64,000 nucleotides of DNA from Desulfobacterales bacterium (GTDB lineage: Bacteria; Desulfobacterota; Desulfobacteria; Desulfobacterales; UBA2174), in assembly GCA_963668645.2 (NCBI GenBank), contig CAXXWC010000006.1, positions 32,001 to 96,000 of the forward strand, in the 5' to 3' direction. The position numbers and the translations under genes were made by a program. Below, in pieces: positions 40,255-49,079 of the stretch; the stretch's first letter is position 1; each line of letters starts with the position of its first letter. Below the pieces are notes generated by a model, which made no database searches, was not told where the DNA came from, and worked only from the letters and a program-made list of their open reading frames with translations.

Positions 40255-41748
40255 ATGAGAACACTGGCAATAACATTTTTGTTGATCTACTTTGCAATTT
40301 TGTTGTTCATGGGCTACCGCAGTAAAAAGTCCGAATCGTCCGAAGATTTCTTCCTGGCCGGCCGATCGATCTCCAAGTGGGTTTTGGCCCTGGGGTTTCT
40401 CGCTTCCTGGTACGGCGGATCGTCATGCATCGTCTCGACGGACAAGGCCTTTAAATCGGGATTGGGATCATTCTGGGTCATGAGTGGCCCCAACGCCATG
40501 GCCCCGCTGCTGCTCGCCATTTTCGCCGTCTGGATCCGGCGCCTGGGCGTGATTTCCCAGATCCGGGTCATGGACCGGAGATACGACAAGGCCACTGGAA
40601 ATTTCCTTTCCATCATCGTCATCTGGTACATGATCACCTGGGCCGCCTCGCAGATGGTGGCCGCCGGCCAGTTCTTTTCGACCTACCTCGGTTTCAGCTA
40701 CGAATTTGCTGTCTTCGCCGGTGTACTGATCGTCTTTCTCTATGGCTTGTACGGCGGTTACCGGGTGGTTACCTATACTGACGTCTTTCAGTTCTGGTTC
40801 CTGCTGGCCGCCATGGCTATCATCATGTTTGCCGGCGTCTACGCGGCGGGCGGCATGAGCGAGATGATTTCGACCCTCGAGGCCAAATCGGCCGTCAATG
40901 AAGTCCAGTATTTCAATTTGTTCGAACATTTTTCGACGAACTGCATGTATGTCATTTCTTTCGGCATCGGCTGGGTCATTTCCGCCGACGCCTGGCAGCG
41001 CGTGAGCGCGGCCAGAACCCCGGAAGACAGCCGCAAGATGCTGCTCATCGGCGGCCTTCTCTTCATCCCGCTGGGCAGCCTGAGCATGATCGCGGGACTT
41101 TCGGGAGCGGCGCTTTTCGACACCATGCCCGAAGGCGGAATCCTTGCCAATATCGCTACTACCCACCTGCCCCCATTCGTTGCAGCCCTGGTCTTCGTCG
41201 GTGTGGGCGCCGCGCTGATGTCGACGATGGATACGTCCATCAACACCGGCTCGATGTCCCTTACGGAGGATATCTACAAAAAGTTAATTAATCCTAAAGC
41301 CGACGATCAGCACATGGTGAAGGTGGCGCGCTTCGGGACCGCCATCGTCGCCCTGCTTGGTCTTTTTATTGCCTTGAAGTTACGCAACATTCTCTGGGTC
41401 CTCTGGATGTCCAGCGACATTATCATGTGCGGCGCGTTTTGCCCCCTGATCATGGGGTTTCTGTGGCGCCGTGGCAACTCCAAAGGCGCCCTGGCGAGCA
41501 TGATCGGCGGTTCGGCTTTCGTCTTGTACAACGTGCTTGTGGACCTTGGAATAAAAATGCCCGTATTCTGGCCGGGTTGGCCGTACCGCCTGCTTTACGG
41601 TCTGGCCATAGCCGTGGTACTTTATTTTGCCGTCAGTCTGGCCACCGAACCAGAGTATGAAAAGGCCGACGCTTTTATCGCAGTCACACGCGGCAACGGC
41701 AAAGACAAGTCTGAACCTCTGCCCGAACCCAGTGGGGCAAGCGTTTGA
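40255..41748 (+). CDS. Sodium:solute symporter (SSS family)
   Basis: DFFLAGR, YTDVFQ, WQRV, AALMSTMDT. Confidence 0.9.
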   Translation: MRTLAITFLLIYFAILLFMGYRSKKSESSEDFFLAGRSISKWVLALGFLASWYGGSSCIVSTDKAFKSGLGSFWVMSGPNAMAPLLLAIFAVWIRRLGVISQIRVMDRRYDKATGNFLSIIVIWYMITWAASQMVAAGQFFSTYLGFSYEFAVFAGVLIVFLYGLYGGYRVVTYTDVFQFWFLLAAMAIIMFAGVYAAGGMSEMISTLEAKSAVNEVQYFNLFEHFSTNCMYVISFGIGWVISADAWQRVSAARTPEDSRKMLLIGGLLFIPLGSLSMIAGLSGAALFDTMPEGGILANIATTHLPPFVAALVFVGVGAALMSTMDTSINTGSMSLTEDIYKKLINPKADDQHMVKVARFGTAIVALLGLFIALKLRNILWVLWMSSDIIMCGAFCPLIMGFLWRRGNSKGALASMIGGSAFVLYNVLVDLGIKMPVFWPGWPYRLLYGLAIAVVLYFAVSLATEPEYEKADAFIAVTRGNGKDKSEPLPEPSGASV

Positions 41749-41902
41749 CAGGATCGGCAGGGCAAAACAGACGTAGATCATGCGCCCGTCATGGGCATAC
41801 CCCTTTGCGGGCGCATGCCAAAAGCAGCATGAAACGACTGTTAATTCTAAGCAGATGGCATTGCTAAAGTGATTCAGCGTTTACAAAGTAAGGGAGCTTC
41901 AC

Positions 41903-43120
41903 ATGCATTTGACCACAGATGAAAAAAACATGTTGGAGGGAAAGTACGGTGAAGGTACGGCCATGGCCATGAAAATCCAGGTGGCCATCGGTGAGACCTT
42001 CGAAGCCGAAAAGATGGTCGACATCACCCGGGCGCACGTCGCCCTGAGTTCGCAGGACGCCGATCTTTGGTTTGTCGAGAAGCTTCTCGGCAAGGGAGCG
42101 TACTGCAGGATTTCACCGACCGTCAATCCGAGCATCGATCTGAAATATCTCAATGCCCATCTATGTGAAATCCCCAAAGCCGGGGTCGATATCGTCACTG
42201 CGACAAACGAGGCCTATCGCAAAATCGGAGCGACGCTCACCTTCAACTGCACCCCCTACCTTATCGGAAATGTGCCCACGTTCGGAGAATGCATCGCCTT
42301 TTCCGAATCCAGCGCGACGCCCTACGTCAACTCGGTGATCGGTGCCCGCTCCAACAGAGAATCGTCCCAGAGTGCGCTTTGCGCCGCCGTCACGGGCAAA
42401 GTACCGCTCTACGGGCTGCTACTGGATGAAAACCGGAAAGCTTCCATCCTGGTAAAGGTTGAAGCCTCCATCGAAAACGATTTCGACTACCAACTCCTCG
42501 GATGGTGTTATCCTGAAAAGTATAAAGGTCTCGAGGTTCCTGTCTTTTCGGGAATCACAAAACGCCCCACCCCCGAAGGTTTGATGAATTTCGGAGCACA
42601 ATTGAATACTTCAGGGGCCATCTCCATGTACCATATCGAGGGGCACACACCCGAAGCCCCCACCTTGGAAACGGCATTTGGCGGCAACTCCGTAAAAAAA
42701 ACCATTACCATCACCACGGAAGACCTGCTGACCGTGAAAAAGGAAATATGCGGCCAACCCGGGAAAATCGATTTTGCCATGTTCGGTTGTCCCCATTTTA
42801 CCCTCTCGCAAGTCAAAACGGCGGCCAGGTTGCTGGACGGAAAAAAGACGGCCGTTCCCCTTTGGATCCTGACCAGCTCCCTGACCAAGGAGCTGGCCGA
42901 TCGCGGCGGTTATCTGGACATCATTCAGCGAGCCGGCGGACACGTCATATCCGACACCTGCATTGATGTTCCTCCCTGCTGGTATCCGTACTACGGTAAG
43001 ACGGGAGTCACGGACTCTCCCAAATGTTCCTATTACTACGAGATTCGCAAGACCAATTTCATCATCCGGCCTTTGGAAGAAAGCGTCGAGGCGGCGCTCA
43101 GAGGGGAGGTGGTCGAATAA
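41903..43120 (+). CDS. Aconitase X catalytic (large) subunit, DUF521
   Basis: CTPY, ESSA..YVNSVIGARSNRE, GCPH and DTC Fe-S ligand motifs. Confidence 0.88.
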   Translation: MHLTTDEKNMLEGKYGEGTAMAMKIQVAIGETFEAEKMVDITRAHVALSSQDADLWFVEKLLGKGAYCRISPTVNPSIDLKYLNAHLCEIPKAGVDIVTATNEAYRKIGATLTFNCTPYLIGNVPTFGECIAFSESSATPYVNSVIGARSNRESSQSALCAAVTGKVPLYGLLLDENRKASILVKVEASIENDFDYQLLGWCYPEKYKGLEVPVFSGITKRPTPEGLMNFGAQLNTSGAISMYHIEGHTPEAPTLETAFGGNSVKKTITITTEDLLTVKKEICGQPGKIDFAMFGCPHFTLSQVKTAARLLDGKKTAVPLWILTSSLTKELADRGGYLDIIQRAGGHVISDTCIDVPPCWYPYYGKTGVTDSPKCSYYYEIRKTNFIIRPLEESVEAALRGEVVE

Positions 43121-43521
43121 TGGAACTCAAATGTCGTAAAATCTCTGGAGGCAAGGCCCAAGGCAGCGTCATCTTATCCAAAGATTCGGTTTGCTTTTAC
43201 CTGGCGGAACCCGAAAACGGCGTTATCGTCGAGAAAAATCACGATATCGAAGGGAAGAGCATCGCCGGAAAGATTCTTGTGATGCCTTCGGGCAAGGGCA
43301 GTTCCGTTGTTCAGGCCGACGGCCTGTACAAGCTCGCAATGAAGGATAACGCCCCCAAGGCGATAATCGTCGAACACCCGGATACTGTACTGGTTTCCGG
43401 CGCCATCGTCATGGAGATCCCCATGGTCCACAAGGTGGATCCCAAGTTCTTCGAGATCGTAAAGGACGGAGATACTATCGTCGTGGATGCCGACAAGGAA
43501 ATCATTCACATCGTTGTATGA
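43120..43521 (+). CDS. Aconitase X swivel (small) subunit, DUF126
   Basis: GKSIAGKILVMPSGKGSS; TAATG stop/start overlap with the large subunit. Confidence 0.88.
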   Translation: MELKCRKISGGKAQGSVILSKDSVCFYLAEPENGVIVEKNHDIEGKSIAGKILVMPSGKGSSVVQADGLYKLAMKDNAPKAIIVEHPDTVLVSGAIVMEIPMVHKVDPKFFEIVKDGDTIVVDADKEIIHIVV

Positions 43522-43657
43522 AAACAATTGGTTAAAGCCGGTACCACACGATTCTGGGGCACCCTTGCCCAGAGCCGGGATGGGGCCGGCTCCGATTTTA
43601 ACCCGCGCGCCGGCAAGTCTGCCGGCGCAGAACAAACCGTTCGAAATGGTACCCGCA

Positions 43658-44959
43658 ATGCAATTTGAAGCCCAAATAAATAGGAAAATAACAGTCCCCT
43701 ACGGGGATGAGCCGGCCGAAGCAAAGGTTCCGGATCGCGTCATTTTCGATGGTGCGATGGAAGATGTAAAACCTCTGAAGAGCTTCGATCGCGCCTTGAT
43801 GGACGCAATTTGCGGCCCGACTGGGTGCCAACCGCTCGACTCTTTGCTTTCTGCCGGCAATCGCGTGCTTATCCTCATCGAGGACAATACCCGAAACACG
43901 CCCGTGGATCGGATCTTGCCGGTCCTGATCGATTATTTGTACGGCTGTGGAATCGATGCGCAACACATCGAGATCCTGACCGCACCGGGAACCCACCGGA
44001 TCATGACGAATTCCGAGGTCATGGAAAAGGTGGGGCAGCGAATTTTCGCCGAAATCAAAATCACCCAGCATGATTTCAGCGACACTTCCTCCCTGGCCGA
44101 TCTCGGCGACGTTTGGGTCGGAAATTGCCGCATTCCGGTTTGCATAAACAAAAAGGCGCTGGAAGCCGATTTCATCATCGGCCTGGGCAACATCGTCCCG
44201 CATTGCGATGCGGGATTTTCCGGCGGTGCCAAGATCGTTCAGCCGGGCATTTGCGGCTATGCCACCACCGCCGCCACCCATGCCGCGGCCGCACTGCTGG
44301 ATGAGATCCCCCTGGGAGCGGTGGAGAATCCTTGCCGTATGGGAATGGAAAGGGTCGCCGCAAAAATCGGTCTCGGGTTTATCATCAATACGGTGATGAA
44401 TCATAAAAACGAAGTGATTGCCGTCGTTGCCGGAGATTTTATCGCGGCCCATCGAAAAGGCGCTGAAATTGCGCGTGCGGCATTCGGCGTCAGGATCCCG
44501 GAGCCGGCCGACATCGTCATCGTCAGTTCCTACCCGGCAGATATCGATTACTGGCAGGCCGAAAAGGGCATCATATCCGCCTATTTCGCGGTCAAAAAAA
44601 GCGGCATTATTATTTTTGTCTCGCCCTGCCCCGAAGGCCTGGCCCACAATCATCCCAAATTCCGGCAGTGGCTGAGCCTTTCGTACCGCCAGTGTTTCGA
44701 GCGCATAGAGGCCTGCGCCGTGGACGATGAAACCGCCGATCTGGTATCGGCCGATCTGGCCATATGCAATTCTCGAGTCAGGGAAAAGGCCACGATCCTG
44801 GCGGTTTCCCATGGACTTGCCCAAACCGACATGCAGATTCTCGGCTATCGACCTTTTTCCACGCTTCAGGACGCCGTCGATGTCGCCCTGTCGTCAATAC
44901 CGTCAGCCACAATCGGAATTTTGCCGAGGGGAGGCGACTGCCTGCCCATCGTCTCCTGA
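43658..44959 (+). CDS. larA: LarA-family nickel-pincer (NPN) racemase/epimerase
   Basis: EDNTR, GTHR, PH..AGFSGGAK, downstream His (ATH), WQAEKG. Confidence 0.85.
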   Translation: MQFEAQINRKITVPYGDEPAEAKVPDRVIFDGAMEDVKPLKSFDRALMDAICGPTGCQPLDSLLSAGNRVLILIEDNTRNTPVDRILPVLIDYLYGCGIDAQHIEILTAPGTHRIMTNSEVMEKVGQRIFAEIKITQHDFSDTSSLADLGDVWVGNCRIPVCINKKALEADFIIGLGNIVPHCDAGFSGGAKIVQPGICGYATTAATHAAAALLDEIPLGAVENPCRMGMERVAAKIGLGFIINTVMNHKNEVIAVVAGDFIAAHRKGAEIARAAFGVRIPEPADIVIVSSYPADIDYWQAEKGIISAYFAVKKSGIIIFVSPCPEGLAHNHPKFRQWLSLSYRQCFERIEACAVDDETADLVSADLAICNSRVREKATILAVSHGLAQTDMQILGYRPFSTLQDAVDVALSSIPSATIGILPRGGDCLPIVS

Positions 44960-45012
44960 TTCCGGGAATTTTTCGGCAAACGACTATTTCGCTTGCCGCA
45001 AAGAAGGTTTTT

Positions 45013-45978
45013 ATGACGCCCCTGATATGGATAATAGACAGTTACTGGTCCGAGTATGAAATCGAAACAAAACTGCTGTATCAGTTTTTTCCGGACTGTG
45101 ACCTACGACACTCCAGTTTTTGCAACGAAAATGATTTAAAAAATTTTGGCACGGATACCGATGCGGTTATCTGTCAAATCGATATCGGCATCTACGAACC
45201 GGTCATCGAGCGGCTTAAAAAATGTAAGATAATCTCCGTGTATGGCACCGGGTATGATAACATCGACATAAAATCCGCCCAAAAAAAAGGAATTTTGGTT
45301 GCCAACGTGCCGGACTATTGTTTCGAAGAAGTGTCCGATCATGTCATCGCCTTTATCTATCATTTCAACAAGAAAGTAGATTCCTACAGAGCAAATATCT
45401 CCCGTGGATTTTGGGGAATGGAGGCGGCAACTGTCATCCCGACTCGATTGCAGGGCTCAACATTGTTTGTTTTGGGGTTTGGGAAAATAGGCAATAGAAT
45501 TTCCCAAAAAGCAATCGCACTGGGCATGAACGTAATTGCCTACGACCCCTATTTGCCCGAGAACTGTTTTCGCGACCAAGGCGTTAAGAAAGTCGACTGG
45601 AACGAAGGATTCCGAAACGCTGATTATGTCAGCGTGGCCATGCGCCTGACACCGGAAACCAGGGAGAAAATCGGCTACAACGAATTTCGCATGATGAAAA
45701 AGCATGCTGTGTTCATTAACACCAGCCGAGGAGAGATTGTAAAAGAACAAGATCTTATAGGAGCCGTCAAATCAGGCTTGATCGCCGGGGCGGCACTGGA
45801 TGTCACGAACACGGAGCCTCCCGCGATCGACTCTGAAATTTTAAAATGCCCCAATATTTTGGTAACCCCCCATGTATCCTATCTGTCCGCCCAATCGATC
45901 CGCGAATTGAGGGAAAAAGTCTGCTGGAACGTTATCGCCGCTTTGCGCGGAAAACCGGTTGCCAACACGATAGAATAG
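45013..45978 (+). CDS. D-isomer-specific 2-hydroxyacid dehydrogenase
   Basis: GYDNID, NVPDYCFEEVSDH, GFGKIG, INTSRG, EP, TPH. Confidence 0.88.
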   Translation: MTPLIWIIDSYWSEYEIETKLLYQFFPDCDLRHSSFCNENDLKNFGTDTDAVICQIDIGIYEPVIERLKKCKIISVYGTGYDNIDIKSAQKKGILVANVPDYCFEEVSDHVIAFIYHFNKKVDSYRANISRGFWGMEAATVIPTRLQGSTLFVLGFGKIGNRISQKAIALGMNVIAYDPYLPENCFRDQGVKKVDWNEGFRNADYVSVAMRLTPETREKIGYNEFRMMKKHAVFINTSRGEIVKEQDLIGAVKSGLIAGAALDVTNTEPPAIDSEILKCPNILVTPHVSYLSAQSIRELREKVCWNVIAALRGKPVANTIE

Positions 45979-46101
45979 AGATCTCCTGCCGAGTGTCACT
46001 ATTTCCCACCCTTTTTCAAAGAATGCAGATACCTCCTCATTGACGCGCGTCTGAATGGCAGCAGGAAAAGATGTCATCCTGCTTGTCCTTTCTGCTATCT
46101 C

Positions 46102-46243
46102 GTGTCCGTCCATAAATGGTGATTTTTGGTTCCAGGCAAGGCCCGAGCGAGTTTCCAACCGGAGCAATAGCCCGCTATTTCGAGGATTGGAAACGAGCCA
46201 GAACGCCGCCGGGGGCCGAAAGGTGCCGTTTATGGATGGACAC
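46102..46243. mobile_element. MITE-like element, family A, copy 2
   Basis: TIRs gtgtccgtccataaa / tttatggatggacac (14/15); exact 6-bp flanking duplication tatctc. Confidence 0.8.
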
Positions 46244-46478
46244 TATCTCATCACGAGGCGGTCCGACCAGGAATCCGCACCCAGGGACACCTGCGGGACA
46301 AAAGCCGCCAGATCAGGAAAAATCGTCTGTGATGAAGCCTGGTTACGGAACCGTTGCGCGGATTGCCAGGCGGATTGACAATTGCTTTAGAGTAGATTAT
46401 CAGAAGAAAATCTAGGTCGGTTCAATTAATGCAACTCGATTTAACTTCCAGCCCCCAAACCGGGAAAAAAGGTTGCCG

Positions 46479-47156
46479 ATGGATTTTATCCAAACGGCGC
46501 TGGCCCGCGGCCAGCGCGCCCTGAACGAATTCGAGTCCAAGCGCTTCCTGTCCACCTGGGGCGTTCCCACGACACGTGAGGAGCTCGTGGCAAACCCGGA
46601 CGCGGCGGCTGCCGCCGCCGGGCGTATCGGCTTCCCCGTGGCCCTCAAGGCCTGCGCCGCGGATCTGCTGCACAAGAGCGAAGCCGGCGCCGTGGTTCTC
46701 CACCTGAACGATCTCGGGGCGGTGCACCGGGCAGCCGAACGGCTGCTGGCCGCCGCCCCCGTTTCCCTCGACGGCCTGCTGGTTCAGCAGATGGTGACCG
46801 GCACGCGGGAGATGGTGGCAGGGTTGAGCCGCGACGCCCAGTTCGGTCCCTGTGTCATGCTCGGCCTTGGCGGCGTGATGGCCGAGATACTCAACGATAC
46901 GGTCTTCCGGGCCGCCCCCATCGATCGGATCGAGGCCGGCGACATGATCGCCGAACTCAAATCCCGGCCCCTGCTCGACGCCTTTCGCGGCCAGCGACCG
47001 GCCGACCGCGACGCCATCGGCCGCATCCTGGTGGCGCTTGGCCGCATCGGCCTGGAGCACGAGGCTGTGGCCGAAATCGACATCAACCCGCTCACCGTCA
47101 CCCCCGAAGGCGCCGTCGTGGCCGTCGACGCCCTCGTCGTGCTGGCAGGAAAGTGA
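46479..47156 (+). CDS. ADP-forming acyl-CoA synthetase beta subunit (ATP-grasp)
   Basis: GFPVALK, HKSEAGAV, FGPCVMLGLGG, EIDINP, VDA. Confidence 0.88.
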   Translation: MDFIQTALARGQRALNEFESKRFLSTWGVPTTREELVANPDAAAAAAGRIGFPVALKACAADLLHKSEAGAVVLHLNDLGAVHRAAERLLAAAPVSLDGLLVQQMVTGTREMVAGLSRDAQFGPCVMLGLGGVMAEILNDTVFRAAPIDRIEAGDMIAELKSRPLLDAFRGQRPADRDAIGRILVALGRIGLEHEAVAEIDINPLTVTPEGAVVAVDALVVLAGK

Positions 47157-47162
47157 GTCGCC

Positions 47163-48674
47163 ATGACGGCGCCCCTTGAACAAAGCCCTCTTCACCTCAT
47201 CGCCAATCCGCGTCACATCGCCTTTTTCGGCGCCTCCAACAGCGACACCGCCATGGGGACCAGCATCCTGCGCTCGATCCTGGAGTTCGGTTTTGTCGGC
47301 ACCGTCTATCCGGTCCACCCGCGCGAGCGGACCGTCCTGGGTCTTGACGCCTATCCGACCCTGGAGGCCATTCCCGAGGCGGCAGACCTGGCCTTCATCG
47401 TCCTGCCGACCCGCATCGTGGCCGAAACCCTGGAAGCCTGCGGCAAAAAGGGCATCCGGCGGGCCGTGATCGTCTCGGCCGGCTTCACCGAGACCGGTGG
47501 CGACGGGGAACAGCGCCAGGCGGAACTGCACGCCATCGCCGGCCGCTACGGCATGCGCTTTATCGGGCCAAATTGCATCGGGATGGTCAACGCCCGGCTT
47601 CGGCTCAACGCCACCTACATGCCCTTTGCCGGCCGCCCCGGCGTGATCGGCATCGCCTCCCAGAGCGGCAGCTTCGTCACCCAGATGTTCGACTACCTCA
47701 ACACCCAGTTCGGCCAGGGCTTCAGTATAGGTTTTTCCCTCGGCAACGAGGCCGACATAGACATGGTCGAAGCCATCGAATACCTCGGCGCCTGCCCGGA
47801 TACCCAGGTGATCGCCCTTTATATCGAATCGATCCGCCGCGGCCGGCGCTTCATCCAAAGCGCCAGGGCCGTGGTGCGCCACAAGCCGATCGTGGCCTAC
47901 TACGCTGGCGGTTCTGAAACCGGCCGGCGCGCCTGCCTGTCGCACACCGGGGCACTGGCCGGACCGGATCGGCTCTACGACGGCATTTTACGCCAAAGCG
48001 GGGTGATCCGGGCCCGCTCCATTGCGGAGCTTTTCGATTTTTGCCAGGTTCTGGGCACCGCCCCGCTGCCCCGCGGGCCGAGGGCCGTCATTCAGACCCA
48101 TTCCGGCGGTCCAGGGGCGGCCGCGGCCGATGCCTGTGGCCGCAGCGGCATCGACCTGCCCCACCTGTCGCCCGCCACCCTGGAAAAACTGGCTCCTTTC
48201 GTGCCGCATACGGCCAGTTGCGCCAACCCGGTGGACCTGACCTTTTCCAAAAACCCGCTCGATTACTTTCACGCCATTCCCGAGGTACTTCTGAAAGAGG
48301 ACGCGGCCGACGGCCTGCTGGTTTACGTGCTCGGATACGCACGGATGGTCGAACGGGGGCTGGCGGCCCTGGGTGTGCCCCAGTCTCAGATTCCCGAGCA
48401 GACCGAGCAGGTCATCTCCGGCCAATGCCAGGCCCTGGCCTCGCTGGTGGAGGCATACGGCAAGCCGATCATCGGCTTTTCCTTTCTCACCCGGGACAAC
48501 CCCTTCATCTGCGGGCTGCAGGATCACGGCTTGCCGGTGCTGGCCAGTCCGGAACGCGCCGCCCGGGCCTTTGGCGCCATGGCACGCTACGTCGCGCTGC
48601 GCGACAAGATCCGGCGCAGCGATGCATCGCAGCAGCCCGACCCGGCACCCCACTCCGCGGTTGCTTGTGCTTGA
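47163..48674 (+). CDS. ADP-forming acyl-CoA synthetase alpha subunit (CoA-binding)
   Basis: GPNCIG, SQSGS, GNEAD, phospho-His motif SHTGALAG, NPVD. Confidence 0.88.
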   Translation: MTAPLEQSPLHLIANPRHIAFFGASNSDTAMGTSILRSILEFGFVGTVYPVHPRERTVLGLDAYPTLEAIPEAADLAFIVLPTRIVAETLEACGKKGIRRAVIVSAGFTETGGDGEQRQAELHAIAGRYGMRFIGPNCIGMVNARLRLNATYMPFAGRPGVIGIASQSGSFVTQMFDYLNTQFGQGFSIGFSLGNEADIDMVEAIEYLGACPDTQVIALYIESIRRGRRFIQSARAVVRHKPIVAYYAGGSETGRRACLSHTGALAGPDRLYDGILRQSGVIRARSIAELFDFCQVLGTAPLPRGPRAVIQTHSGGPGAAAADACGRSGIDLPHLSPATLEKLAPFVPHTASCANPVDLTFSKNPLDYFHAIPEVLLKEDAADGLLVYVLGYARMVERGLAALGVPQSQIPEQTEQVISGQCQALASLVEAYGKPIIGFSFLTRDNPFICGLQDHGLPVLASPERAARAFGAMARYVALRDKIRRSDASQQPDPAPHSAVACA

Positions 48675-49079
48675 TCCCTTCGCCTGAAACAGATCCCCCA
48701 GGGGACGGTCATGCCGGTCCGTGGTGGGATTTTGCCATATGCCGTTTCGGCAGGATGGCGGAATAAAGACGAGGCTTCGAGCGGGCGGGCCGCCTGTGAG
48801 GCCAAAGGCGGCCGTGAGTCCCCGTCGTCTTTCCAGCCCGACCCCAGCCATTCCGGTTTCACCGAAAACTACTGGCAACCGGCATCTTTTTCGCCGCAAC
48901 ACCCGGTCCATATCTATCAGAATCTTGCCTCTATCGATTTTCTATCTTTGACGTCTATCCCAAAATTGAGCGGAACTATCGGTTGCCGCAGTTCGCTTTG
49001 TCTGATAAAAGTTATAAACTTTTCAAAAACAGGCAGATAGTGACTTTCGGGGAACTTAGACAACAACACGGAGGGGCAC

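Noticed and set aside
41855..41872. Sigma-54 promoter before aconitase X (TGGCATTGC)
   Set aside because: No GC at the required GG-N10-GC spacing.
48680..49079. Cobalamin or other riboswitch upstream of the TonB receptor
   Set aside because: No B12-box or other recognisable aptamer consensus by eye; an Infernal scan is needed to exclude it fully.
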